DNA of 64,000 nt from an uncultured Gammaproteobacteria bacterium (GCA_964388365.1 CAYMAF010000001.1:3526-67525); one strand, 5' to 3'; shown: positions 35,681 to 46,600, counted from the stretch's first letter. Translations and numbers: made by a program. The notes: generated by a model not told the origin, from the sequence alone.

Positions 35681-36088
35681 TCAGTCGGCCCGCCGCCGAA
35701 GACGTTCGAGCGTGCGCTCGTCGAGATCCTCGGCGAACAGCTCGGTCCCGTCCGGCAGCGTCAGAAATTGCAGATGCACGACCGGCGATCCGTCGCGCGT
35801 CGGATGACCGCGAACGGTGATCACGTCGCCGGGAGCGACCTCGGTGCCGTTCCAGCCCTTACGCATCAGCACTGTCCGCGAGCCGCCCTCGGCCATCCAC
35901 TTCTCGGTCCGGCCGTTCTTGTCGACGTCGAAATAGATCCTCAAGTGCGGGTTGCCCAGCGTGTAGGCCGTCACGACGCCTTGCATCGTGATCTCGCGGC
36001 TCATGTCGTACAGCATCGTCGGCGAGTGATGCGCGAGCGCGCTCCCCGTGACGCAGGCCGCCAGGATACCGATCAGGATCGCGCGCAT
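35681..36088 (-). CDS. DUF6152-like small secreted protein
   Basis: ORF 35681..36121. The ATG at 36088 gives signal MRAILIGILAACVTGSALA followed by HHSPTMLY. Motifs QGVVTAYTLGNPHLRIYF and GDVITVRGHP. The ATG at 36121 is an alternative start. Confidence 0.8.
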   Translation of the reverse strand: MRAILIGILAACVTGSALAHHSPTMLYDMSREITMQGVVTAYTLGNPHLRIYFDVDKNGRTEKWMAEGGSRTVLMRKGWNGTEVAPGDVITVRGHPTRDGSPVVHLQFLTLPDGTELFAEDLDERTLERLRRRAD

Positions 36089-36278
36089 TGCCGTGCCCTC
36101 GAGGGTGTCTCGAAGTGTCATCGGAAGTGGGATGACCCGTCAAGTGGGTCTATTCGCCTCTCCGCCGCGCGGCCGATTCGCCGTGCGCGACCGCCGGTGA
36201 ACCGCACGGGCCGGCGAAACCCGGTGCGCGCGGCGGCCCAAACGCGTTAGGCTTCGCCTCGGGGAGGGCAAAGCCGAC

Positions 36279-37676
36279 ATGCTCGACGCGATCAGCGCCT
36301 TCGTCTGGGGGCCGTTTCTCCTAATTCCGTTGCTGTTGCTGACCGGGCTGTATCTCACGGTGCTGCTGCGCGGGATACAGTTCAAGCGTCTCGGCTATGC
36401 GCTATGGTTCGGTCTGATCAAGCGCAGCGAGCCCGATGCCGAAGGGGACGTCAGTCACTATCAGGCGCTGACGACGGCCCTCGCCGCGACGATCGGCGTC
36501 GGCAATATCGCGGGCGTCGCGACCGCGATCTTCCTCGGCGGACCGGGCGCCGTGCTGTGGATGTGGCTCACCGGGCTCGTCGGAATGGCGACGAAGTACG
36601 CCGAGGCGTTTCTCGGCGTGCGGTTCCGTCGAGTCGACGCCGCCGGCGAGCAATCCGGAGGTCCGCAGTTCTATCTCACGTACGGCGTCGGCGGGCGCGT
36701 CGGCAGGGCGCTCGGCGTCTTCTTCGCCGTCGCCGCGTCGATCGCCGCGTTCGGCATCGGCAACATGGTGCAGTCGAATACTGTCGCCGACGAGATCCAC
36801 TCTCGGTTCGGAGTGCCGACGTGGATCACCGGGCTCGTGCTCGCCGCCGTCGCCGGCGCCGTGATCCTCGGCGGCATCAAGTCGATCGGACGCTTCACGG
36901 CGGTGCTCGTTCCGCTGATGGCCGCGGTCTATATCCTCGGCGCAACCTGGGTGCTGGCGGTGCACGTCACCGAGCTGCCGGCCGCGCTCGCGCTGATCGT
37001 CACCGATGCGTTCACCGGCACGGCAGCGGCGGGCGGATTCACCGGGGCGACGGTCGCGGCGGCGATCCGCTTCGGCGTCGCCCGGGGAATCTTCTCGAAC
37101 GAATCCGGCCTCGGCACCGGCGGCATCGCGGCGGCCGCCGCCCGAACGAGCCATCCGGTCCGGCAAGGACTGGTCTCGATGACGCAGACGTTCATCGATA
37201 CGCTCGTCGTGGTCACGTTCACGGCGCTCGTGATCATCACGACCGGCGCGTGGACGAGCGGAGAGACCGGCGCGCCGCTGACGTCGCTCGCGTTCTCCGC
37301 CGGATTGCCCGGCGACTGGGGCGGGCTGATCGTCACGGTCAGCATCCTGCTGTTCGCGTTCTCGACCGTGCTCGGCTGGGGGTATTACGGCGAGCGCAAC
37401 ATGGACCGGCTTTTTGGCCGCCGCGCCGTCGGGCCTTATCGCGTCGCGTTCGTCGCCGCGGTCTTCGTCGGCGCCGTGACGGAGCTCGAGATCGTATGGA
37501 CGGTCGCCGATATCATGAACGGCTTGATGGCGCTACCGAACCTCGTCGGGCTGCTGCTCCTGTCCGGCCTGGTCGCGCGCGAGACTCGGGGGTTCTTCGC
37601 CGAGCCGGAATGGCGCCGATCCCTGTCCGCCGCGTCACGTTCCGGAGCGGAACGCCGCGCGGTCGGCGGGTCTTAA
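36279..37676 (+). CDS. Alanine/glycine:cation symporter (AGCS family)
   Basis: ALAATIGVGNIAGVATAIFLGGPGAVLWMWLTGLVGMATKYAE and about 11 TM segments, typical of sodium:alanine symporters. Confidence 0.9.
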   Translation: MLDAISAFVWGPFLLIPLLLLTGLYLTVLLRGIQFKRLGYALWFGLIKRSEPDAEGDVSHYQALTTALAATIGVGNIAGVATAIFLGGPGAVLWMWLTGLVGMATKYAEAFLGVRFRRVDAAGEQSGGPQFYLTYGVGGRVGRALGVFFAVAASIAAFGIGNMVQSNTVADEIHSRFGVPTWITGLVLAAVAGAVILGGIKSIGRFTAVLVPLMAAVYILGATWVLAVHVTELPAALALIVTDAFTGTAAAGGFTGATVAAAIRFGVARGIFSNESGLGTGGIAAAAARTSHPVRQGLVSMTQTFIDTLVVVTFTALVIITTGAWTSGETGAPLTSLAFSAGLPGDWGGLIVTVSILLFAFSTVLGWGYYGERNMDRLFGRRAVGPYRVAFVAAVFVGAVTELEIVWTVADIMNGLMALPNLVGLLLLSGLVARETRGFFAEPEWRRSLSAASRSGAERRAVGGS

Positions 37677-37689
37677 GCCGTAGGCCCGC

Positions 37690-39750
37690 TCAGCCGCCGT
37701 CTGCGGCGAGATAGCGCTCGAAGAACATCACGAGGATCTGCGAATACAGATCCGCGTTCTCCTTGCGGCGAAAGCCGTGGCCCTCGTTCAGCGCGTTCAT
37801 GTACCAGACGTCGCGGCCGTTCGCGCGCACCGCGCGGACGATCTGCTCGGCTTCGCTCTCCGGGACGCGCGGGTCGTTGCGGCCCTGCACGACGAGCAGC
37901 GGCACGCGGATTCGTTCCGCGTGATTGCTCGGGCTGATGCTTTCGAGGAACGCGCGCATCTCGGGATCGCGCTCGTCGCCGTACTCGGGCCGGCGCAGAT
38001 CTCGGCGGTAGGCCTCGGTGTTCTCGAGGAACGTGACGAAGTTGCTGATCCCGACGATCTCGGCGGCCGCCGCGAGGCGGTCGCTGTAGTGGACCGCAGA
38101 CGCGAGCACCATATAGCCGCCGTAGCTGCCGCCGACGACCGCGACGCGGCTCGCGTCGAGGTCCGGCTGCGCCGCGATCCAGTCGAGCAGCGCGCCGATA
38201 TCCTTGACCGAGTCCTCGCGCAGCCGGCCGTTGTCGAGCTGCACGTAGGTCCGGCCGTAGCCCGTGCTGCCCCGGACGTTCGGCGCGATCACGGCCGCGC
38301 CGAGCTCGGCGACCCAGAGCTGGATCGTGCTGCTGAAAGACGGCCGATACTGGCTCTCCGGGCCGCCGTGAATGTTGATGATCACCGGGTGCGGACCGGC
38401 GCCTCGCGGCCGATAGACGAAGGCCGGGATCGTGCGCCGCTCGCCGCCGACGGAGTCGAACGTCGGATAATGGATCAGCTCGGGCTCGACGAACGTGTCG
38501 GGATCGAGCCCGCCGATCTCGCTGAAGGTCCAGCGCGTCAGCTCGCGTCCGCGGCCGTCCTCGCCGAGCTCGAGCGTGAACACGTCGCTCGGGGTCCGCG
38601 GCGTGTTCAGCGTCATCGCGAGCCGGGTCGCATCGGGGCTGAACTTCAGTCCGCCGATCAGGCCGATCGGAAGCCCGCGGACGGGCTCGTGCTCGAGCGT
38701 CGCCGGATCGAGCAGATAGAGCCGCGAGATGCCGTCCTCGTTGACGACGAACGCAGCTCGGCGGCCGTCGCGGCTCAGCTCGAAGTGCTCGATATCCCAA
38801 TGGATATCGCCGGTGATGATTCGCCGCTCTCCCGATGCGAGGTCCTGATAGGCGAGCCGCGTGAATTCGCCGCCGTGATCGGTCGCGAGGAAGAAGCCCT
38901 GCCCGTCCGGGCCGAAGCGTGGCGCGATCGCCGAGTAATGGCCGATCTCGTCGCCGCCGCCGGCAACGCGGATCTGCTCGCCGGTCGCGACGTCGACGAG
39001 GTGAATCCGCGAATCGGTGATGCTGATGTAGTTCAAAGCCAGCAACCGGTCGCCGCTTGGGCTGAAGTCGGTCGGCGCCCACAGCGTCGTGTCGGGCGCC
39101 TCGACGAGCACGCGGGGCGCGGCCCCGTCCGAGAAGCGCGCATAGTCGAGCAGCCAGATATCGTTCGAGCGGCCGTCGCGCAGCGTGCTCGTGTATGCGA
39201 GCAGCGCACCGTCGGGGCTCCAGACCGGATTGCTGTTGCGCGAGCGACCGTCGGTCAGCATTCGATGCCGAACGGCGACGGGGTCGAACACGTAGAGCTG
39301 GTAGAACTCGCTGCCGCCTTCGTCCATCGAGAATACGAGCTCCGCATGGCCCGGACGCGCCTCGACGCCGCCGATCGGCTCGTCGAAGAACGTCAATTGG
39401 TGGCGCGCGCCGCCCGGAAGATCGACGCGATGGAGCTGCACGGTCTCGCCGAAGCGGGTGCCGATATAGATTCCGTTGCCGTCGCTCGTCCACGCGTGAA
39501 GGACGGCGCCGCGCACGTTCTGATAACGGTTCAGCGCGGCGACGATCTCCTCCGGCACCGGCGGAACGTCCTCGAGGATCACGTTACCGTCGTTCGCCGT
39601 CCTACGGCTCGGGCTTCGCTCCGCGGTCTCCATGCGCGCCTCCGTGTCGGGTCCCCCCGCTTGCGCGGCCGCGGTTCCGGCGGCGAGCGCCGCGGCCAGG
39701 GTCAGCGCCGCCGTCCCGAGCGGCCGGCGGCGCGGGTCTGTCCATCGCAT
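37690..39750 (-). CDS. S9 family serine peptidase (prolyl oligopeptidase/DPP-type) with N-terminal beta-propeller
   Basis: Signal ...[16 protein letters not shown]. Propeller-like repeats. Catalytic motifs [13 protein letters not shown] (GxSxGG), [13 protein letters not shown] and ALNEGHGF. Confidence 0.9.
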   Translation of the reverse strand: MRWTDPRRRPLGTAALTLAAALAAGTAAAQAGGPDTEARMETAERSPSRRTANDGNVILEDVPPVPEEIVAALNRYQNVRGAVLHAWTSDGNGIYIGTRFGETVQLHRVDLPGGARHQLTFFDEPIGGVEARPGHAELVFSMDEGGSEFYQLYVFDPVAVRHRMLTDGRSRNSNPVWSPDGALLAYTSTLRDGRSNDIWLLDYARFSDGAAPRVLVEAPDTTLWAPTDFSPSGDRLLALNYISITDSRIHLVDVATGEQIRVAGGGDEIGHYSAIAPRFGPDGQGFFLATDHGGEFTRLAYQDLASGERRIITGDIHWDIEHFELSRDGRRAAFVVNEDGISRLYLLDPATLEHEPVRGLPIGLIGGLKFSPDATRLAMTLNTPRTPSDVFTLELGEDGRGRELTRWTFSEIGGLDPDTFVEPELIHYPTFDSVGGERRTIPAFVYRPRGAGPHPVIINIHGGPESQYRPSFSSTIQLWVAELGAAVIAPNVRGSTGYGRTYVQLDNGRLREDSVKDIGALLDWIAAQPDLDASRVAVVGGSYGGYMVLASAVHYSDRLAAAAEIVGISNFVTFLENTEAYRRDLRRPEYGDERDPEMRAFLESISPSNHAERIRVPLLVVQGRNDPRVPESEAEQIVRAVRANGRDVWYMNALNEGHGFRRKENADLYSQILVMFFERYLAADGG

Positions 39751-39807
39751 GCTTGCATCTCCTTCGTACGGCCGCCGAAGCCGCGGCGCGCCGCTGCGAA
39801 TCCACGG

Positions 39808-41379
39808 CTATTGTCGCCGCGGCGTCGGGGGTTGCAATCGCGCCGGCGCCGCTCGCTTCGTCGCGATGCGGGCGACGCTCCGCACGCCGAACGCGAGCCC
39901 GATCGCGCTCAGGACGATTCCGCCGATGCTGAGCAGGATCAGCCCGATGTCCCAAAGCGGTCGGCGGTCGTACCAAAAGGCGAAATCGAGGCTGTGCAAG
40001 CCATTGAAGAGCCATCGCTGGAGGCGATTCCAGCGATGGATGTGCGCGGCGATTCGGCTCGTCTCGAGATCGACGTACACCCAGGTCTCGAGCGGGTCGT
40101 CGAGCTTCACGCGGAGCGCGGGCAGCGGCGCGCGTCGACCGCGCGAGTAGTAATAGGCGTCGTAGGCAACGAGCACGGATTCGTCGACGATGCGAACGTC
40201 GGGCGGCAGCGCCGCGCGCAGGCGCTCGACGATCGGCCCCGGCTCGAACAGGCGGCGTACCGCGGTCATATCCGCAGCGCGCACGAGCATCGACGCCGGA
40301 TCGCCGCTCGCGGCACGATGGGCCGGCCGCTTCTTCTCCGGCGGCACCGTATACCGCAGGACATAGTACGGCTCGTCCTGGATGCGCAGCAGCTCGGCTT
40401 CCTTCGGAACGCGCCCGTCGAGCACGCTGTCCCATTGCGCTGCATCGGGGCGCCGATAGCGGGTCAGGTCGAGCGGGCCGCCGGCCAAGACGTCGCCGCG
40501 GAACGTGAAGCCTTCGGCTCTCGTCCAGCCGAATGGCTCCATCGACAGCAACCCGCTGAACACCCACGTGAGCGAGAACACGCCGATCAGCGCGCCGAGA
40601 ACGTAATGCCAACGCATCCAGCCGCGATAGCGGATCGAAGCCGAGAGGCGGAACGGCTTGCTCGGCCGAAACTGCGTGACGGCAAGCGCGAGCCCGAGCA
40701 CGGCCAGCACGCAGCCGAGACCGGACGCGGCGACGACGGTCCAGTACCACGCGGGTTGGTTCGCGCGAAGCGGCGTCACGTAGAACCAGTGCGGGATCGC
40801 GCCGGCCCACGCGAGCAGCCGGTCGCGGCGGGTCGTCGCGAGCACGACGTCGCCGAGATACGGCGACGCGTAAATCTCGGTTCGATCCGGGTCGTCGACG
40901 CGGAACTTCTCGAGCGGCAGATCCCTCGCATGGACGAGAGTCCATTGGTCGGGCGCTTCGATCGTGCCGACGTGACGAACGCGCTGCTCGGCGACGCCGA
41001 CGAAGCGGGCCGCGACCGCGCGGAGCTCGTCCGGCGTGAGCGGCTCGAGCAGCTCTCCGGTATCTGCGAGCACGGTCACGCTCCACGTCCCGCGTCCGAA
41101 GCGGTATGCGGGACGGCCGTTGACGGTCAGCAAGGTCACGGGGCCGGGATAGTCCGCGTCGACGAAGGCGAGCTCCGCGGCTTCGCGCGGGGCGAGCCGA
41201 ACGGCGTCGACGTCGAGCGCCGCCGCGCGCGCGATCCGCAGGGGCTCCTCGAGCCGCGGCATGTCGCCGGTGTAGATCATCACGATGCCGGAGGCGAACC
41301 ACACGACGAACAGCACGCTCAACGGGATACCGAGCCAGCGGTGAGCGAGGATCAGCAGTCTTCGCGGCGATACGGGCAT
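39808..41379 (-). CDS. PepSY-associated TM helix protein
   Basis: Within ORF 39808..41784. The ATG at 41379 gives MPVSPRRLLILAHRWLGIPLSVLFVVWFASGIVMIY, with later HWFYVTPL and WNRLQRWLFNGLHSLDF. The start overlaps the upstream stop (TGATG). Confidence 0.8.
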   Translation of the reverse strand: MPVSPRRLLILAHRWLGIPLSVLFVVWFASGIVMIYTGDMPRLEEPLRIARAAALDVDAVRLAPREAAELAFVDADYPGPVTLLTVNGRPAYRFGRGTWSVTVLADTGELLEPLTPDELRAVAARFVGVAEQRVRHVGTIEAPDQWTLVHARDLPLEKFRVDDPDRTEIYASPYLGDVVLATTRRDRLLAWAGAIPHWFYVTPLRANQPAWYWTVVAASGLGCVLAVLGLALAVTQFRPSKPFRLSASIRYRGWMRWHYVLGALIGVFSLTWVFSGLLSMEPFGWTRAEGFTFRGDVLAGGPLDLTRYRRPDAAQWDSVLDGRVPKEAELLRIQDEPYYVLRYTVPPEKKRPAHRAASGDPASMLVRAADMTAVRRLFEPGPIVERLRAALPPDVRIVDESVLVAYDAYYYSRGRRAPLPALRVKLDDPLETWVYVDLETSRIAAHIHRWNRLQRWLFNGLHSLDFAFWYDRRPLWDIGLILLSIGGIVLSAIGLAFGVRSVARIATKRAAPARLQPPTPRRQ

Positions 41380-42641
41380 CAGACGAGCGCACCCCAGACG
41401 AGGTAGATCAGCACGCCGACGAGGCCGCCGACCAATGTGCCGTTTACACGGATGAATTGCAGATCGCGCCCGATGTAGAGCTCGATGCGGCGTGACGTCG
41501 CCGCGGCGTCCCACTGCTCGATCGTGTCGGACACGATCTGGCTCAGCGGGTCGCGATAGCTCTCGATCAGATGGATCAGCAGCTCCTCGAGCCGCTGGTT
41601 CAGTGCCGCCGCGACGGCTTCGTCTCTCGCGAGCGTCGTGCCGATGCTTCGCAGCTCCCGTTCGATTCCGATCCGCAGCGCCGAATCCGGCGTCGCGAGC
41701 GACATCTGCGCGTACTCGCGAATGCGCGTTGCGAGGTCGCCGACGTAGCCGCGCACGTCCGGATGGTCGAGCAGCTCGTCCCACAGCATCCGGCCGCGGC
41801 GGATCGTCTCGTCGTCGGATTCGAGCGACTGCTTCATCGAGCGAAGCTTGTCGTTGAATTGCCGGCGTGCCGGATGGTCGGGATCACCGCCGATCTCGTC
41901 GAGGATGCGCTCGAACTCCGAGACGAGCTGATCGTAGATCTGCTCGTCGATGGCGCGCGGCAGCCACCAGGGGCTTCGCGAGCGGATCTTCAAGCGGATC
42001 TCGAACCGGTTCTTGTCGAGTTGCTCGCGGCCGAACTCGACGAGCTGGTCGATCAGCCGCTGCCCGTAGTTGCCGGCGATCGCGACGTCGATCAGCGTCG
42101 TCAGCGCGACGTTGACCGGAATGTGTCCCAAAGCCTCGCGAAAGCCCGCCTTCGCGGCTTCGCGCAGCTCCGCGTCGTCGACGGTGCGCAGCATCCAATC
42201 GAGCGCGACGGCGGCGTCGCGGCTGACGGCGCGTGCGTTGCTCTCGCGGCCGAGCCATGCGCCGATCCGCGCGACTAGATCGGCGCCGACGAGCCGCCCC
42301 GCGACCGCGTCGCGCGTCAGGAAGTGATCGCGGATGAAGCGGGCCAGCGCGCGTCCGATCTCGTTCTTACGCGTCGGCACGATCGCGGTGTGCGGAATTC
42401 GCAGCCCTAGCGGATGCTTGAACAGCGCCGTGACCGCGAACCAGTCAGCGAGGCCGCCGATCATCGCCGCCTCGGCGAAGGCTTCGACGATGCCGAGCGC
42501 GGGGTATTGCGGCCGTAGCAGGCTCGCCGCGACGAACAGCAATGCCATCGCGACGAGCAGTCCGGTCGCGAAGCGCTGCATGCGCTTCAAGCGGCGCGCG
42601 GACTCGAGATCGGGTTCTCCGGAAAGCACGTCGACGAGCAC
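41379..42641 (-). CDS. DUF445 (YjiN-like) membrane protein
   Basis: GTG at 42641. LKRMQRFATGLLVAMALLF, AAMIGGLADWFAVTALFKHPLGLRIPHTAIVPTRKNEIG, C-terminal FIRVNGTLVGGLVGVLIYLV. Confidence 0.8.
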   Translation of the reverse strand: MLVDVLSGEPDLESARRLKRMQRFATGLLVAMALLFVAASLLRPQYPALGIVEAFAEAAMIGGLADWFAVTALFKHPLGLRIPHTAIVPTRKNEIGRALARFIRDHFLTRDAVAGRLVGADLVARIGAWLGRESNARAVSRDAAVALDWMLRTVDDAELREAAKAGFREALGHIPVNVALTTLIDVAIAGNYGQRLIDQLVEFGREQLDKNRFEIRLKIRSRSPWWLPRAIDEQIYDQLVSEFERILDEIGGDPDHPARRQFNDKLRSMKQSLESDDETIRRGRMLWDELLDHPDVRGYVGDLATRIREYAQMSLATPDSALRIGIERELRSIGTTLARDEAVAAALNQRLEELLIHLIESYRDPLSQIVSDTIEQWDAAATSRRIELYIGRDLQFIRVNGTLVGGLVGVLIYLVWGALV

Positions 42642-42691
42642 GCCGAGCGAGCCGAGCCGTGCTCAGCCCGCTCGGTTCGCGATGCGATCGG

Positions 42692-43333
42692 TCATTCGGC
42701 GGGCAACGCGAAGCAGTAGAACAAGCCGTCGCCCCCAGTGCTGATCAGCGCTTGCTGGCTGCAGCCGCGCGAGTCGTGCGCCGAGTTCCAGGCCGCGAAG
42801 TCGTGGTGACCGACGCGCGCCTTCGCATCGTCGCTGCTGCTCGTCCAGTTGTTGCACGTCATGTCCTCGCCCGGCGGATACGCGGTGCCGTCCGGCCGCG
42901 AGCCGGTGAGCACGTCGTGCCGGTTCGGCGCGTAGCCGCTGCCCGGGATCCGGCGGCCCCGCTCGTCGAGCGCCGTGAAGACGCTCATCCGGTGCTGATC
43001 GCTGTGCAGCTCGTCGACGTTCGCGGCGATACGCGTGCCCTGGGCGTTGAACCACGGGCCCGGGCCGATACGGTCGCGGGCGTTGACGGCGCCGTCTCCC
43101 TGCGTGCTGAGATATGCACGCCACGTGCGGTTGCCGTGACCGGCCGCTTCGGCGAGCGCCTGGCAGTGCGCGTCGGCGCCTTCGAGGCCGCCGAGCTCGC
43201 CGCCGTTGCCTGATCCGACGCTCGTCAAGAAGAACGACATCGGCCCGGTCGGCGGCTGGGTAAGCGCCGCCGTGGCGCCGAGCAGCCCGGCGGCCGTGAG
43301 ACATCCCAGCATGATCTTCTTGTGCTTCTGCAT
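42692..43333 (-). CDS. Secreted hypothetical protein with endostatin-like (C-type-lectin-fold, DUF1554-like) cysteine pattern
   Basis: Within ORF 42692..43372. The ATG at 43333 follows GGGGGA. Signal MQKHKKIMLGCLTAAGLLGATAALT. FFLTSVGSGNGGELGGLEGADAHCQALAEAAG...WRAYLST, TGSRPDGT...TCNNW and GCSQ...LFYCF, four Cys in total. Confidence 0.7.
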   Translation of the reverse strand: MQKHKKIMLGCLTAAGLLGATAALTQPPTGPMSFFLTSVGSGNGGELGGLEGADAHCQALAEAAGHGNRTWRAYLSTQGDGAVNARDRIGPGPWFNAQGTRIAANVDELHSDQHRMSVFTALDERGRRIPGSGYAPNRHDVLTGSRPDGTAYPPGEDMTCNNWTSSSDDAKARVGHHDFAAWNSAHDSRGCSQQALISTGGDGLFYCFALPAE

Positions 43334-43573
43334 GGATTTTCCCCCGGTAGGTTGAACGGGCATGACGCCCAAGCACGAGACCAGTCGACCGTGCGGCTTT
43401 CAGTCAAGCAGAGATCGGGATTGAAGGGAAGGCCATTCGACGGCCACGCCGGGCGGTGCTCGGCGCTGGGCGTATCCGCGCGAGCGTAAACGCGCCGGAG
43501 CGCGGCTCGGGGAGACCAGGCTCAGGACGGCGGGCTTCTTCGGTCCGCGGGATGGACGCGGGTCGAGAAGAAG

Positions 43574-43595
43574 CGGCGGGCCGAGCGGCCCGCCG
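43574..43595 (-). terminator. Rho-independent-type terminator downstream of the large TonB-dependent receptor
   Basis: cggcgggcc-gagc-ggcccgccg: a 9-bp GC stem with a 4-nt loop, 33 nt after the stop at 43628. On the transcribed strand it is followed by CTTCTTCTC. Confidence 0.55.
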
Positions 43596-43627
43596 TGCCC
43601 TAGAGTGCGCGTGCCCGCGTCCTGTCG

Positions 43628-46600
43628 TCAGAACTCGAGCGCCAGACCGACCGCGTAACGGCGGCCGCGCAGGTCTCCGACCACTCCGTTGCCCGTTGCG
43701 TTCGTGAAGAATCCGTCGAACGTCGTGAGGAACGGAATCGGATCCTCGTCGAACAGGTTGTTCACCGTTGCGTACAGGTTCAGCGAACCGCCCCGGATGT
43801 CGAAACGATAGCTCACTCTCGCGTCGACGATGACCTGGGCCTCGATCTCGTTGTCGAGCACATCCCAGCGCGTGCTCGCGCCGTGCCAGTTCCAGTTCTG
43901 GTTCTGGATCGTGCTGCCGGTATAGTTCGCCTGCAAGGAAAGCCCGAGCGGGCCGCGGATCAAGTTGCCGGAGAGCAGGTAGTTCCACTTCGGCAGACCG
44001 AAAACCCCCGTCGTCTCGGTCTTGACGCCCTCGCTGTTCGTGCTCGAGTTCTCCCGCAAGTAGCTGCCGAGGAGGCGCACGCCAACGAACGATCCGCCGA
44101 GCCAGGGCACGTCGGTGCGGTAGGCAATTTCGAAATCGACACCCTGCGCAAAGACCGAGTCCTGATTGATATAGGGGACTCCGATCAGCGAGATTCGATT
44201 GACCGCAGGGTTCACCGTGCTTTGATCGCCGTCTCGCGTGATCAGTGCGCACAGGTCGGCATCGCCGTCGAGGTAGCAGCCGCTGACGACGCCGGTCGGC
44301 GAATATTGGTTGATGTTGTCGCGGACTTCGATCGCATACCAATCGGTCGAGACGGAGAAGCCTTCGAGCTGCCGCGGCCGATAGACGAATCCCGCCGTGA
44401 AGGTTTCTGCTTCCTCGGGTTTCACGTCCGGACTGCCGCCCGAGAACATCGTCACGGTATAGGTGACATGCGAGCCGCCGGCGGGATCCTCGAGATAATC
44501 GGTGATCGACGCAACGCCGCCCGTTCGATCGAACCGCTCGCCCATCGTCGCCGCGCGCACATCCTGCGATAGGGTGCCGCGGAAGCGGATCTGGTCGTTG
44601 ACGGCCCAGCTCAGCGCGCCCTTCCAGGACTGCACGTCTCCCGAGCCCTCGTAGTCGGCCCAGCGCGCGGCGAGATTGAGGTCGAGCTGGTCGACGAGCC
44701 GCTTGCCGGAGACGAGCGGAACATTGAACTCGGTGAACGCCTCCTTGACCTCGAACGAGCCCTTGCCGAACGGCACGTTCGAGAACTGGATCTCGACCGA
44801 GTTGCCGGACGCGGCATTTCCACCCGGCACGCCGCGGATACCGCGCGCGGGATTGTTCGCCTCGACGGGCCGGCCTCGGGGATCGGCGTTGACGTTGCCG
44901 CCGGGACCGACGAGGACGTATTGCAGGAAGCTTTCCTCGCGCCACGCGTAGCCGAACGCCATCTCGATCGGGCCGGCACCCCAACCGTCGTGAACCTTGC
45001 CCGTCGCCGTGACCTCGTAGGCATCTTGCTCGAGCTCGATCCGGCGCATTTTGTTCCCGACCGACGTATAGCTGTATGGGATGCTCTCGTCCGCCGAGTA
45101 GAAGCCTTCGGCATGCATCGGCACGCCGGGCTCGAAACCCGTGACCCAGTCGATCGCTCTCGGGTCGGCGCGGCCGCGGCCGAAGAGGTTGAGCGGCACG
45201 CAGTCGTCGTAATCGTCGGTGTAGAGCGTGACGTTGCAGACGATGTTGCCTTCGTCGTCGAGCACCGCGTCGACCGCGAGGTAGATGCGGTCGAGCCGGA
45301 TGCCGCCGCGCTGGATCGCGTCCACGTCCGTCGTGCCCTTCTGGTACCAGCCTTGCACGTGCCAGCCGTCGAAGAAGCCGTCCGAGCTGATGTCGTACTG
45401 GAATCCGGCCGTCAGCGAGCGCATCTCCGTGACTTGCTCGGTATAGGCGTCGAGCGCGAGGTCCTCCGGCGCGCCGATCCGGCCGAACGCTACGCTGTCG
45501 AGCTCGTGCTCGTCCATGATCTGCTGGATCTCGGGCGGCAGGAACGGGTTGCCGCTGTAGATCGTGAACGCTCTGCTGCCGAACGCGGTTCTCGGGAACA
45601 GGCCGCCGAGGTTCGTATTGATCCAGTAGGCTTTGCCGTAGATGCCTTGGCCGTAAAGAGTCAGGTTGTCGGTGACGTCGTGGCTCAGATACACGAACGC
45701 GTTCTCGCGGCCCGAGGCTGGGTGAATCTGCGATCCCCACTCGCCGTTGTCGGTGCCGGAGCCGCCTTGCGCGATCGAATGCGAATCGGCATTGGACGCA
45801 TGGCCGACGACGAATGGCGAAAAATGGCCGTTCGGGTCGAAGATCTGCGGGCCGCCGGCTTCGGGCGGCAGAAACAGGATGCCGTCGAGCGAGGCGTTGC
45901 GGGAAACGACATGGCTGTACGGCAGAAACCACGGGTTGTCCGGGGTCGTGCCGCGATTCTCGACGTCGGGATTCTCGATCAGCGCCCAGCCCTGATACCA
46001 GTCGTAGTCCGCGCGGCTATGCCAGATCGGATCCTGCTCCGCGTCCTCGATCGACACGAGGAGGTGGGTCTTCTCCGACAGCGCCCAGCCGCCGGCGAAC
46101 GAAACTTCGTGATTCTGGTTGTGGCCGCGCTCCGTTTGGCCGGTCTGCGCGGAGAGCTTGATCCCCTCGAAATCGGTATCGAGTATGAAGTTGACGACGC
46201 CGGCGACGGCATCCGTTCCATACGCGGCCGTGGCGCCCCCCGTCACGGTCTCGACCGTGCGGAGCAGGTGCTCGGGGAACAAATTGATATCGGGGCCGCC
46301 GAAGATCGTCGACGACACGACGCGGCGGCCGTCGAGCAGGGTCAGCGTGCGCTTGCCTTGCAGACCGCGCAGATTCAGCGTGCCCGCGCCCGGCGACGTG
46401 AAGAAGTTGCCCGTGTTTGCGGTAGTGTTCGACATGAAGAACTGCGGTAGCTGCGCGAGCCCTTCGATCATCGTCGTCGGCGACATCAAGCTGATCTCTT
46501 CCGGCGTCACGATCGTCACGGGATTCGGCGTATCCATGCCCGTCGGGCGTAGACGGGAGCCAGTGACGACGACCTCCTCGACGGCAGCGGTTTCGGTCTG

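Noticed and set aside
36122-36278. Glycine riboswitch upstream of the alanine/glycine:cation symporter
   Set aside because: GGGGAGGGCAAAGCC superficially resembles the ACCGAAGGGGCAA core. It sits 5 nt from the ATG and is most simply the RBS. No GGAGAG or CTCAGGCAAAAGGAC elements are present on that strand.
37777-41406. 1209-aa ORF on the plus strand
   Set aside because: It is the antisense shadow of the S9 peptidase and PepSY_TM genes, with low-complexity R/A/D/E/G composition.
43404-45932. 842-aa ORF on the minus strand overlapping the TonB-dependent receptor
   Set aside because: It is an alternative frame of the same strand as the receptor gene, with Arg-rich nonsense composition. The receptor frame has plug and barrel motifs.
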